A DNA stretch of 64,000 nucleotides from positions 1,120,001-1,184,000 of the forward strand of contig CAXXWS020000002.1 of assembly GCA_963665325.3 (NCBI GenBank). Direction: 5' to 3'. The stretch is from Alphaproteobacteria bacterium. GTDB lineage: Bacteria; Pseudomonadota; Alphaproteobacteria; Bin95. The notes beneath the pieces were generated by a model. The model saw nothing but the letters and a program-made list of their open reading frames with translations, did not search any database and was not told the origin of the DNA. Below, piece after piece: positions 18,230 through 28,228 of this stretch (positions are counted from its first letter, which is position 1; every line of letters begins with the position of its first letter). Both the position numbers and the translations under genes were made by a program.

Positions 18230-19428
18230 CACCCTGGCTGACCGTGCTCGGCATCGGCGAGGACGGCCTCGATCCGTTGGGCCGCGCCATCGTCGAGAGC
18301 GCGGAGTTCTTGGTCGGCGGCAAACGCCATCTGGCGCTCGCGGCGACGGGGCCGGCGGAGCGAACGACCTGGCAGCGGCCGTTGTCCCGTACCCTCGACG
18401 TTATCCTCGCGCGCCGGCCGCGGCCGACTGTCGTGCTGGCGACCGGAGATCCGATGTGGTTCGGTATCGGCACGTCGCTGGCCCGCAGCGTGCCGGCCGA
18501 GGAGATGCGCATTGTCCCCGCCGTCGGCGCGTTTTCGCTGGCCGCGGCGCGGCTCGCCTGGCCGCTGGACAGCGTGGCGGCGCTGTCGCTGCACGGCAGG
18601 CCCCTTGGATTGCTCGCACTGCATGTCGCCCCCGGCGCCAGGCTGCTTGTGCTTTCGCATGACGGCGGCACACCGGCCCGCGTCGCGGACTGGCTTGTCC
18701 GTCACGGCTACGGCGCGAGCCATATGACGGCGCTTGCGCATATGGGCGGTCCTTTGGAGGCACGCATAGAGGGGCGCGCCGACTGCTGGACCCCGGAGGT
18801 TCCCGATCTCAACACGCTGGCTGTCGAGTGCGTCGCCGGCGCGGGCGCGCGGGTCTTCTCCCGCGCGCCGGGCCTGCCGGACGACTTCTTCGAGCATGAC
18901 GGCATGTTGACCAAAGCCCATGTCCGCGCGGCGACGCTGGCCTTGCTGGCGCCGACGGGCGGGGCGCATCTCTGGGACATCGGGGCGGGCTCGGGAGCGG
19001 TGTCCATCGAGTGGATACGGGCTGGCGGAACGGCGAGCGCTGTGGAGCCGGTCGCTGCGCGACGCGCGGCGATAGCGCGCAATGCGGAGGGGCTGGGCGC
19101 GCCGGGTCTGGAAATCCATGGCGGACACGCGCCGGAGGCGCTGGAGGGATTGCCCGCGCCGGATGCCGTGTTTATCGGCGGCGGCCTGGGCGTCGAGGGC
19201 ATTCTCGAAGCTGCCTGGGAGGCACTGCGGCCCAACGGGCGCATCGTGGCCAATGCCGTCACCCTGGAGAGCGAAGCGCGGCTGGTACGGGCCCGGTCCG
19301 AACTCGGCGGCGACCTCTACCGAGTTTCTGTGGAAACGGCGGCGCCGGTCGGACGCTTCACCGCCTTCCGGCCCGCCATGGCGGTGACCCAATGGACCGC
19401 GCGCAAGCCGTGGCCGGCCGCGTCGTGA
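18226..19428 (+). CDS. cobL: Precorrin-6Y C5,15-methyltransferase CobL (CbiE-CbiT)
   Basis: GIGEDG, LATGDPMWFGIG, SLHGRP, HDGMLTK, WDIGAGSGAVSIEW, NAVTLESE. Confidence 0.93.
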   Translation: MTPWLTVLGIGEDGLDPLGRAIVESAEFLVGGKRHLALAATGPAERTTWQRPLSRTLDVILARRPRPTVVLATGDPMWFGIGTSLARSVPAEEMRIVPAVGAFSLAAARLAWPLDSVAALSLHGRPLGLLALHVAPGARLLVLSHDGGTPARVADWLVRHGYGASHMTALAHMGGPLEARIEGRADCWTPEVPDLNTLAVECVAGAGARVFSRAPGLPDDFFEHDGMLTKAHVRAATLALLAPTGGAHLWDIGAGSGAVSIEWIRAGGTASAVEPVAARRAAIARNAEGLGAPGLEIHGGHAPEALEGLPAPDAVFIGGGLGVEGILEAAWEALRPNGRIVANAVTLESEARLVRARSELGGDLYRVSVETAAPVGRFTAFRPAMAVTQWTARKPWPAAS

Positions 19429-20129
19429 GCGGCTGGGTCTGCGGTGTCGGCGTCGGTCCCGGCGACCCCGAATTATTGACGCTGAAAGGCTTGCGTATCA
19501 TCCGGCAGGCCGATGTGCTCGCCTTTCCGGCCCCGCTCGAAGGGGAGAGCTTTGCGCGGTCCATCGTCGCTTCCTATCTCGACGACGCCCGGATCGAACT
19601 GCCGATCCGAATGCCGATGCAGGCCGCGCGTTTTCCCGCCCGGGCCGTTTACGACCGGGCCGTGCAGGAGATAGCGGCGCATCTGGAGGCCGGGCGCGGC
19701 GTCGTCGTGCTCTGCCAGGGCGATCCGTTTCTCTACGGCTCTTTCCTGTATCTGTTCGCCCGCTTGTCGACGGACTGGCCGGTCGAGGTCGTGCCCGGCG
19801 TGTCCTCGCTGACAGCCTGCGCGGCGGCGGCCGGTTCGGCGCTTGCGGCGCGCAACGATGTTCTTTCGGTGTTGCCGGCGCCGCTCGGCGACGCAGAACT
19901 GGAAGCGCGCCTGTCAGCTTGCGATACAGCGGTCCTCGTCAAGGTCGGACGGCATTTCGAGCGCGTCAGGTCGCTCCTCACGCGCCTTGGCCTCGGGGAC
20001 AGCGCCCGGCTGGTCGTGCATGCCGGACTCCCGGACGAGCGGGTTCTGCCGCTCGACCGTGTCGATCCCGCGGACGTGCCCTATTTCTCGACGATACTCC
20101 TGCACAAGCGGGGCAGGGCCTGGTCATGA
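19425..20129 (+). CDS. cobI: Precorrin-2 C20-methyltransferase CobI/CbiL
   Basis: GVGVGPGDPELLTLK, LCQGDPFLYGSF, VVPGVSS; GTG start overlaps the cobL stop. Confidence 0.92.
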   Translation: MSGWVCGVGVGPGDPELLTLKGLRIIRQADVLAFPAPLEGESFARSIVASYLDDARIELPIRMPMQAARFPARAVYDRAVQEIAAHLEAGRGVVVLCQGDPFLYGSFLYLFARLSTDWPVEVVPGVSSLTACAAAAGSALAARNDVLSVLPAPLGDAELEARLSACDTAVLVKVGRHFERVRSLLTRLGLGDSARLVVHAGLPDERVLPLDRVDPADVPYFSTILLHKRGRAWS

Positions 20130-21766
20130 CGGTCGCGGTAGTGCTGACCCCGCGCGGTGCCGGGCTTGCGGAACGGCTCGGATATGAGGCCGTGCCCCTG
20201 GACAAGATGGAAAGACGGTTTCGTTCCGGGGAGCCGATCGTCGCCGTGATGGCCGCCGGCATCGCGATTCGGCGTCTGGCGCCGTTGCTTTCCGACAAGC
20301 GCGAAGAGCCGCCTGTCGTCGCCGTTGCGGAAGACGGTAGCGCGGTGGTGCCGCTGCTCGGCGGCCATCGCGGCGCCAACCGCCTGGCCCGCCGGATCGC
20401 CCGGACGCTAGGCGTCCAGGCCGCCGTGACGACGGCAAGCGATGTCCTGTTCGGGGTTGCGCTGGACGACCCGCCTTCCGGCTGGACGCTCGCCAATCCC
20501 GAAATGGCGAAATCCGTGATGGCGTCCCTGATCGCCGGAGAGCCGGTGCGCCTTGAAGTCGAAGCGGGCGATGCCCGGTGGCTTGCGCCGCTGCCGTGGT
20601 CGAATGAGGGCCGGCTGGCGGTGCGCGTGTCCGACCGGTCGCTGGCTCCGAAAGAAGACGAACTGCTGCTGCATCCGCCCAGCCTGGTCCTGGGCGTGGG
20701 GCTGGAGCGCGGCGCATCCAGCGACCTTCTGCTTGGCCATGTTGCCTGGACGCTGGAGGCCGAGGGGCTGGCGCGGGCTTCGCTGGCCGCTGTAGCAACG
20801 CTCGACCTGAAGGGGGATGAGCCGGCCGTCGCGGCGCTCGAATTGCCGATGCGCCTGTTCGATGCGGCCGCGCTCGACCGGATCGAGGTGCCGAACCCGT
20901 CTTCCACGGTCGCAGCGGCAGTCGGCACCGCGAGCGTCGCGGAAGCGGCCGCGCTTGCTGCTGCCGGCGACGGTGCGGTTCTGGCTGTGCAAAAGCGGGT
21001 CGGCACGCGGGTCACCTGCGCAGTCGCGCGAATCGCGGCGCCGAAAGGCCGGCTGACGGTAGCGGGTATCGGTCCGGGCGCCCCCGACATGCGAACTGCA
21101 GAGGCGGAGGCCGCCATCGCCGACGCCACCGACATTGTGGGCTACGGTCTCTATCTCGATCTGGTTGCCGATCTCACCGGAAGCAAACGATGTCACCCCC
21201 TCGCAATCGGCAAGGAGAGGGAGCGCGCGGACCTCGCGCTTCAACTCGCCCGCGAGGGAAAGAACGTCGTTCTCCTTGCCTCCGGAGACGCCGGCATTTA
21301 TGCGCTGGCGGGACTCGCGCTGGAGTGCAGCGGCGGTGCTGTCCCGGTGACGGTGCTGCCCGGCGTCTCGGCCATGCAGGCTGCGAGCGCGAAAGCCGGC
21401 GCGCCGCTCGGCCACGACTTCTCCGTCATTTCGTTGTCGGATCTGTTGACGCCGCTTGAGGTCATCCGCGAACGCATCGAGGCTGCTGCAGCGGCCGATT
21501 TCGTCATCGCTTTCTACAATCCGGCCTCGAAAGAGCGCCGCCAGCCGCTTGAGGAGGCGCTGGCCATCCTCGCGCGGCACCGTGGGCCCGAGACCCCCGT
21601 TGTAAGGGCCCGCAATCTCGGCCGCGCGGACGAACTGGTGGCCGTCGAGACGCTGGCCGGCCTCGACCGCGAGGCGGTGGACATGACGACCGTGCTGATT
21701 GTGGGCAACAGCCGGACGACCCTCGTTTCCGGCAGGGTCGTGACGCCGAGGGGCTATCCGTTGTGA
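20126..21766 (+). CDS. cobJ: CbiG-CobJ (precorrin-3B C17-methyltransferase) fusion
   Basis: N-terminal CbiG motifs (DKREEPPVVAV, LLGGHRGAN, TTASD, SVAEAAAL); C-terminal GIGPG, SGDAGIY, GAPLGHDF, SLSDLLTP, TPRGY. Confidence 0.9.
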   Translation: MTVAVVLTPRGAGLAERLGYEAVPLDKMERRFRSGEPIVAVMAAGIAIRRLAPLLSDKREEPPVVAVAEDGSAVVPLLGGHRGANRLARRIARTLGVQAAVTTASDVLFGVALDDPPSGWTLANPEMAKSVMASLIAGEPVRLEVEAGDARWLAPLPWSNEGRLAVRVSDRSLAPKEDELLLHPPSLVLGVGLERGASSDLLLGHVAWTLEAEGLARASLAAVATLDLKGDEPAVAALELPMRLFDAAALDRIEVPNPSSTVAAAVGTASVAEAAALAAAGDGAVLAVQKRVGTRVTCAVARIAAPKGRLTVAGIGPGAPDMRTAEAEAAIADATDIVGYGLYLDLVADLTGSKRCHPLAIGKERERADLALQLAREGKNVVLLASGDAGIYALAGLALECSGGAVPVTVLPGVSAMQAASAKAGAPLGHDFSVISLSDLLTPLEVIRERIEAAAAADFVIAFYNPASKERRQPLEEALAILARHRGPETPVVRARNLGRADELVAVETLAGLDREAVDMTTVLIVGNSRTTLVSGRVVTPRGYPL

Positions 21767-22524
21767 CCGTGCATTTCATCGGCGCGGGCCCCGGCGCGCC
21801 CGACCTGATAACGGTGCGCGGTCTGGCGCTGGTCCGTTTGGCGCCGGTGGTGCTCTATGCGGGTTCGCTGGTGCCGGAAGAAGTGATCGCCGAGGCGCGC
21901 GCCGATGCCCGGGTTCGCGACACGGCGGCAATGACCCTCGACGAGATCGAGGCCGAATTCATGGCGGCAGACGCCGTTGGCGAGGATGTGGCGCGGGTAC
22001 ACTCCGGGGACCCGTCGCTGTACGGCGCGACTGCCGAACAGATACGCCGTCTCGACCGGCTGGGGATCGACTACACGATCACTCCGGGAGTGCCGGCCTT
22101 CGCCGCCGCCGCCGCCGCGCTCGGCATCGAGTTGACCGTGCCCGATATCGCCCAGACGGTCACGCTCACCCGGACCGCTGTGCGCGCGACGGCCATGCCC
22201 GACGGAGAGGACCTTGCCGCGCAGGCAAGGAGCGGCGGCACGCTGGCGATCCACCTGTCGACCGCAAATCTCGCCAATGTCGTCCGCACGCTCGGGCCGG
22301 TAATGGGGGAAGACTGTCCGGTTGCCGTGGTCTATCGCGCCAGCCAGCCGGACCAGCTGATCGTGACCGGCACGCTCGCCACGATACGGGAGCGCGTGAA
22401 GGCCGCGGGCCTTGCCCGGAGCGCGCTTATCCTGGTCGGCCGGGCGCTGGAGGCCGGAGGATTCAGGGAGAGTCGGCTCTACGACCCCGCGCATCATCAC
22501 GCATCGCGGCCGCGGCGGCGATGA
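21763..22524 (+). CDS. cobM: Precorrin-4 C11-methyltransferase CobM/CbiF
   Basis: VHFIGAGPGAPDLITVRG, LYAGSLV, RVHSGDPSLYGA. Confidence 0.95.
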   Translation: MTVHFIGAGPGAPDLITVRGLALVRLAPVVLYAGSLVPEEVIAEARADARVRDTAAMTLDEIEAEFMAADAVGEDVARVHSGDPSLYGATAEQIRRLDRLGIDYTITPGVPAFAAAAAALGIELTVPDIAQTVTLTRTAVRATAMPDGEDLAAQARSGGTLAIHLSTANLANVVRTLGPVMGEDCPVAVVYRASQPDQLIVTGTLATIRERVKAAGLARSALILVGRALEAGGFRESRLYDPAHHHASRPRRR

Positions 22525-22915
22525 TCCGGCGCGTCTCGGACCACAGCCTGTAATCGTCGAGATTTTCCAGGGGGGTCCAGCGCGCCTCCGCCGCGTCGTC
22601 GCCGGCGACCGGTTCGCCGGCGACCCATTCGGCGGCAAAGTCGATCAGCGTGTAGTGGGAAATCGCGGCGCCGGTCTCGTCGCGGCTGATGCCGTCCACG
22701 ACATCGACGAGGCCGATCAGCGCAATTTCGACCCCGGTCTCCTCGCGAATCTCCCGGTGTGCGGCATCCCGGACGGTTTCGCCGCGCTCCTGCTTGCCGC
22801 CGGGAATGCTCCACTGGTCCTTGCGCGGCGGCTCGGCGCGCCGGATCAGCAGCACGTCGCTCCCGCGCAGGACGACCACCCCGACACCCACGACCGGCCT
22901 GTCCGCGCCCACCAT
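22463..22915 (-). CDS. NUDIX hydrolase
   Basis: Nudix box GGKQERGETVRDAAHREIREETG. Confidence 0.9.
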   Translation of the reverse strand: MVGADRPVVGVGVVVLRGSDVLLIRRAEPPRKDQWSIPGGKQERGETVRDAAHREIREETGVEIALIGLVDVVDGISRDETGAAISHYTLIDFAAEWVAGEPVAGDDAAEARWTPLENLDDYRLWSETRRIIAAAAAMRDDARGRRADSP

Positions 22916-22933
22916 CGCCGCGCCTCTCGAACG

Positions 22934-23656
<723 letters not shown>

Positions 23657-23677
23657 TGCTTTGGTTCCCTGTGTTTT

Positions 23678-23719
23678 TGCGATGCACAAAAGATGGCAGT
23701 TTCATATTGCGTTGCAACA
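23678..23719. promoter_or_regulatory. Two PhaR-type operator motifs upstream of phbB
   Basis: TGCGATGCACAA (23678-23689) and TGCGTTGCAACA (23708-23719) fit TGC-N3-GCA PhaR boxes. Confidence 0.65.
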
Positions 23720-23745
23720 TAAACTCCTGCTCACGTGGCATCGTG

Positions 23746-24930
23746 TCACGCTAAACCGTTCATCCAGGCCAGTAATGGCCGCCACACGCGCCGGGCCGCC
23801 GTTTTCGACGCCATCAACCCGATATGCCCGAGACGGGGGCGGCGCACGGTCGCATTGGGCAGGGCGCGCGCCAGAGCAAGCGCCGAGGCGGGAGGCACGA
23901 TGCGGTCTCCGGCCGGAACGACGACCCATGCTGGCAGCGTTGCGGCTTCGGGCCGGACGGGTTCGCCGCCGATGCGCCACTCTCCGCGGGCGGGTTCGTT
24001 GCGTCCGTACCAGCCTGCAAAGCATTCCTGGGCAACCGGCGTTGCCAGGGGCACGCCATCATTCACCCAGTCCTCGAGTTCCACAAAGGCGCGTTCCGCT
24101 TCCGAGCCGGGCTCAAGCTTGCCGAACGCCAGGTACTTGCGAGGCGTGAGCATGGGGTCGAGGGCGTAGAAACAGGTCTGGAGCGCGTCGACCGGCATTT
24201 CTCCACTCTCCGCCAGCATGTCCGCGAAGGTCGAGCCGGCGAACGCAAGCCGCCTCGCTTCCGGGCCGCCGCCGCCGTGGAAGTCCCAGGGCACGGCGAG
24301 AAGCGCCAGGCCGGAAAATGCCACGCGCCCCCGCATGACCATCGGGAGGGCCAGGAGCCCGCCCATGCAGTATCCGATGACGACCGGGGGCCTCCGCGAG
24401 ACGCGCGCCGCCTCGCGGGCGAAAGGCTCCAGAACGCTCTCGATATAGTCCGTGCAATCGAACCGGCGCTCGCGCTCTCCGGGGCTCCCCCAGTCGACGA
24501 GCAGGACACGCCAGCCTCGAGCCGCGAGCCACCGGGCGAAACTGCGGCGCCCGGACAGGTCGCAGACATAGTAGCGATTGACCAGCGAAGGCACGATCAG
24601 GACCGTCCGTTCGCCTTCGCCGTAGGAGATCAGGCGGGCCGTGCCCCGGCGCGCGAGGACCGGCTCCGTCTCGACCTCGCGCCGAAAGGGGTGGGCGCGA
24701 TAGCGGGCGATAGCCGCCTCGAAATCCACAAGGCGCTGAAGAGCCGCCTCCCCGACGGCCTCCGGAGGAACCGCAAGCCGGGAGGCTTCCTCAGCCAGGT
24801 CCGGGTGCCACAGCGGTCCGCTAGCAGGGCCCGCCGCGGCCGCCGCGGCGCCGCCGCCCCAAACCGCCGCCGCGGTCGCCATGTGCAGGGCCAGCGGCCG
24901 CGGGCCCATCCTTCCGCCCGTCAGACTCAT
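23746..24930 (-). CDS. PHA synthase-like alpha/beta hydrolase (short PhaC type)
   Basis: PSLVNRYYVCDL, VDWG.P, lipase box GYCMGG, Asp in GDRIVP, His in GHIGL. Confidence 0.8.
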   Translation of the reverse strand: MSLTGGRMGPRPLALHMATAAAVWGGGAAAAAAGPASGPLWHPDLAEEASRLAVPPEAVGEAALQRLVDFEAAIARYRAHPFRREVETEPVLARRGTARLISYGEGERTVLIVPSLVNRYYVCDLSGRRSFARWLAARGWRVLLVDWGSPGERERRFDCTDYIESVLEPFAREAARVSRRPPVVIGYCMGGLLALPMVMRGRVAFSGLALLAVPWDFHGGGGPEARRLAFAGSTFADMLAESGEMPVDALQTCFYALDPMLTPRKYLAFGKLEPGSEAERAFVELEDWVNDGVPLATPVAQECFAGWYGRNEPARGEWRIGGEPVRPEAATLPAWVVVPAGDRIVPPASALALARALPNATVRRPRLGHIGLMASKTAARRVWRPLLAWMNGLA

Positions 24931-25042
24931 CCGGTTGCGGCGAAAACAGACCATCTGCTGTCTCCTGCCACCATATGAGGACATTTCTCTCCCAAAGTTC
25001 GAGAAAGTCGCTCGCCCGTTTGTTCTCTAGCCCTTGACTCAT
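24821..25042 (-). CDS. Small hypothetical protein upstream of and overlapping the PhaC-like gene
   Basis: 73 aa ORF with amphipathic ASDFLELWERNV motif and ATG start in an AT-rich divergent gap. Confidence 0.45.
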   Translation of the reverse strand: MSQGLENKRASDFLELWERNVLIWWQETADGLFSPQPDESDGRKDGPAAAGPAHGDRGGGLGRRRRGGRGGPC

Positions 25043-25122
25043 AGAAACGAGATTTTACATTGGAACAAAGGGTTTGCACCCGCCGTAATTGGATAACGAA
25101 TTGTGATTGGATTGAGGCTGTC

Positions 25123-26430
25123 ATGATGCCTTCCCGCCCGGGCCGGGTTCGGGCTGCCCTCTTCGTCGATTTCGACAATGTCTTCCTCAATCTGGAGGCG
25201 GTCGATCCGCGCGCTGCCAAGCGGTTTGCCGAACAGCCGGGACGATGGATGCACTGGCTTGAGCGCGGTTACCATACCACCGGCGGCGGTCGGGAAGGCC
25301 GCACACGCCGCGCGCTGCTTATGCGCAACTGTTATCTCAATCCCGCGACCTTCTCCCGGTTCCGCGGCTTCTTCACCCGGAGCGCCTTCTCGGTTATCGA
25401 CTGCCCGCCGCTTACCGGAGGCGGCAAGAGCGGTACCGACATCTACATGGCGATCGACATCATCGATGCCATCGGCCACGCCACGCCGTTCGATGAGTTC
25501 ATCATTCTGTCGGCCGATGCCGACTTTACCCCGGTGCTGTTGCGTCTGCGCGCCCATGACAGGCGAACGGCTATCCTGGCCAATGCCGTCGTTACGCCCG
25601 CGCTGACGGCCGCCTGCAGCTACACCATCGAGCAGTCCGTGTTTATCGAGAGCGCGCTCGGAGACGCATCGACAGGCAGTCCGGTGGTATCGGCTTCGCC
25701 GGACGGGGCGCGCCCGCTCGCGTCGCGCCCCTTCACGCCCCGACCGTCGCTGACCGGCGACTATTCCGTGCTTCCCGAGGTTGCCACCGTCCTGCATGAG
25801 TCGATCGAACAGGACGGTCCGATTCCCGCCGCCGAGCTGCCGCACTTCTTCTTCCGTTTCGCCAATTTCCGAAACAGCGACTGGTTCGGTTTCCGGTCCC
25901 TGCGCCGTCTTGCCGAGGCGTTGACGACTGTCGATCCCATGCTGGAATGCGGCGAACCCGGCGAAGAATGGCAGATGGCGCTGCGCGAGACGCCGCCGGA
26001 GTCCGCTCCGGCAGAGGCACTCGAGTTCGAGTCGGCGACCGAGACCGAAGAGGGCAGCGAGGGGCTGCCTGCCCTGATCGAGTCGATCCATCATCTTGTC
26101 GGCGTTCCGGCGCTCGATCCGGACGGTTTCGACCTCCTCTTCGAGCATATGGCCAAGCTGTTCGACGAGGGCGTGACGGACCGGGCCGCCATGGTGCAGC
26201 TACTCGAGGAACGGGCCAGCGAGGAAGGAATGTCGCTGCCGCAGGATGCCGCGGAGTTCGTCACCACCGGGCTTTGGCAGTCGGGCTTCGACGTGGCTTC
26301 GGACGCGTCCGATCCGGACGTCGTCGCAAAGGCGTTCCGGGACTATATCGTTGTGCGCTGCGAACAGGCGCAGCGCCCTTTGAATGCAGAAGAGCTGACG
26401 CTGGTCGACGAGTGGCTGGTGGGGGCTTAA
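25123..26430 (+). CDS. NYN-domain (PIN-like) RNase with OST-HTH/LOTUS-like region
   Basis: LFVDFDNV, GKSGTDIYMAID, LSADADFTPV; WFGFRSLRRL LOTUS-like motif. Confidence 0.85.
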   Translation: MMPSRPGRVRAALFVDFDNVFLNLEAVDPRAAKRFAEQPGRWMHWLERGYHTTGGGREGRTRRALLMRNCYLNPATFSRFRGFFTRSAFSVIDCPPLTGGGKSGTDIYMAIDIIDAIGHATPFDEFIILSADADFTPVLLRLRAHDRRTAILANAVVTPALTAACSYTIEQSVFIESALGDASTGSPVVSASPDGARPLASRPFTPRPSLTGDYSVLPEVATVLHESIEQDGPIPAAELPHFFFRFANFRNSDWFGFRSLRRLAEALTTVDPMLECGEPGEEWQMALRETPPESAPAEALEFESATETEEGSEGLPALIESIHHLVGVPALDPDGFDLLFEHMAKLFDEGVTDRAAMVQLLEERASEEGMSLPQDAAEFVTTGLWQSGFDVASDASDPDVVAKAFRDYIVVRCEQAQRPLNAEELTLVDEWLVGA

Positions 26431-26447
26431 CGCCGCCTGTGCTATGC

Positions 26448-26459
26448 TGCGCTGCAACC
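26448..26459 (+). promoter_or_regulatory. PhaR-type autoregulatory box
   Basis: TGCGCTGCAACC about 25 bp upstream of the phaR ATG. Confidence 0.6.
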
Positions 26460-26483
26460 CGAATCAGTTGAGGCGGCACCACC

Positions 26484-27062
26484 ATGGCTGCTAGCAAGGA
26501 TGAGGCGCCGGTTCGCATTCGGAAATATGCGAACCGGCGCCTCTACAACACCGGTTCAAGCAGTTATGTGACCCTTGCCGACCTGGCCCAGCTGGTCCGC
26601 GATGGCGTCGAGTTCACCGTCGAGGACGCCAAGAGCGGCGAGGACCTGACGCGCGCGACCCTCACCCAGATCATCGTCGATGAAGAGCAGAACGGCGCAA
26701 ACCTGCTGCCGGTCTCGCTGCTTCGCCAGATCATCTCCATGTACCGGGACAATATGGGCTGGATTCTGCCGGCCTATCTGGAGCAGTCGATGGAGTGGTT
26801 CGGCGCCAATCAGGAGGCCATGCGCCGCGAGGCCGAGCGCACTTACGGGCCCGGCCTTTCCTTCGGCTCCCTTGACGATATCGGCAAACGCAACCTCGCG
26901 CTGTTCGAGCAGACCATGCGGTTCTGGAATCCCTTCGGAACGGCAAAGCCCGAGCCGGAGGAAGGGCCGCCCGATGAGGGCAGCGAGCTACAGGCAATGC
27001 GCGGCGAAATCGCCCGGATGCAGGAGCGGCTGGACGCGCTGGCGGGGAAGCCGGAAGAGTAA
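26484..27062 (+). CDS. phaR: Polyhydroxyalkanoate synthesis repressor PhaR
   Basis: IRKYANRRLYNT..SSYVTL, DAKSGEDLTR..LTQII. Confidence 0.95.
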   Translation: MAASKDEAPVRIRKYANRRLYNTGSSSYVTLADLAQLVRDGVEFTVEDAKSGEDLTRATLTQIIVDEEQNGANLLPVSLLRQIISMYRDNMGWILPAYLEQSMEWFGANQEAMRREAERTYGPGLSFGSLDDIGKRNLALFEQTMRFWNPFGTAKPEPEEGPPDEGSELQAMRGEIARMQERLDALAGKPEE

Positions 27063-27079
27063 CGGGCCGGGCCCTGCAA

Positions 27080-28228
27080 TCACGGACCGCCGTAAAGCCA
27101 GGCCATGCCCTCGCGCAGTTCCGCGGTAGAAAGCACCTGGTTGCGCAATTCGCGGCGTATCCCTTCGGCGTGATAAATCTCGCCCATCATCCGCGCCGTA
27201 AGCTGCACCCGGGCCGTGCGGAGATAGCGGGCCTTTGTATAGGAGCGGAACGCCCGCTCGACATCGGTGTCCGCAGCGAGGGCGTCCGCCAGCGATACCG
27301 CATCCTCCATCGCCATGCAGGCGCCCTGGGCCAGGTACTGGAGCATCGGGTGCGCCGCATCGCCGAGCAGGCAGACCCGCCCGCGCGACCAGTCGGCGAC
27401 CGGCTCGCGGTCGCAGAGCACCCACATCCGCCAGGTCTCGATCTTTTCTAGGAGCGACATCGGTTGCGAAGAGACGCCGGCAAACCGCTCCATCAACTCG
27501 CCCGGGTCACCTTCACTGTCCCAGCCTTCCACATACCGGTCCGAATGGAACACAGCCACCAGGTTGAACAGTGTCGAGCGCCTGAGCGGGTAATGGACCA
27601 GATGGTTGCGGGGCCCGGCCCAGAGCGCCGCCGCATTCCAGCGCACCGCTTCCGGCACCTCCTCGATCGGCAGCACGGCCCGGTAGGCGATATGTCCCGA
27701 GACATTGGGCGGACCGTCGCCGACGACGTATTCGCGCACCTTCGACCAGAGGCCGTCGGCGCCGACGAGGAGCGCGCCTTCCCGCTGTCCGCCGTCCGCC
27801 AGATGGGCCCGGACGCGGCCGGCCAGGTCCTCCACCGAGACGACCTGCGCATTCGTCTCGAGCGTCACGGCTTCCGCCGCCTCGCAGGCTTCCAGCAGCG
27901 TGCGGTGGAAGTCAGCCCGATGCGTCACGGCATAAGGCGCGCCGAAGCGTGTCCGGAACGCATTGCCGAGATCGCCCGTCACGACGGTTTCCCCGGTGAG
28001 CGAGTCCATCATCAGCAGCCGGTCCACGAACACGGCGTCGCGCGAGATGGCCTCCTCGATGCCCAGCCGCTCGAACATGCGGAAGACGTTCGGGCCGAGC
28101 TGGATGCCGGCGCCGATCTCACCGAAGGCCGGCGCCTGTTCCAGCACATGGCTGGCAAAGCCTTGCCGTGCAAGCGCCAGCGCTGCCGCGAGGCCGCCGA
28201 GGCCGCCACCGACGATCAGCGCGGTCAC
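27080..28228 (-). CDS. FAD-dependent aromatic monooxygenase (3-hydroxybenzoate 6-hydroxylase/salicylate hydroxylase-like)
   Basis: GGGLGG, EIGAGIQLGPN, GADGLWS, LLGDAAHPMLQYLAQGACMAMED. Confidence 0.88.
   Translation of the reverse strand: MTALIVGGGLGGLAAALALARQGFASHVLEQAPAFGEIGAGIQLGPNVFRMFERLGIEEAISRDAVFVDRLLMMDSLTGETVVTGDLGNAFRTRFGAPYAVTHRADFHRTLLEACEAAEAVTLETNAQVVSVEDLAGRVRAHLADGGQREGALLVGADGLWSKVREYVVGDGPPNVSGHIAYRAVLPIEEVPEAVRWNAAALWAGPRNHLVHYPLRRSTLFNLVAVFHSDRYVEGWDSEGDPGELMERFAGVSSQPMSLLEKIETWRMWVLCDREPVADWSRGRVCLLGDAAHPMLQYLAQGACMAMEDAVSLADALAADTDVERAFRSYTKARYLRTARVQLTARMMGEIYHAEGIRRELRNQVLSTAELREGMAWLYGGP

Noticed and set aside
22463-22524. 62-bp convergent overlap of cobM and the NUDIX gene
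   Set aside because: Short 3' overlaps are common in compact GC-rich genomes; no evidence of function
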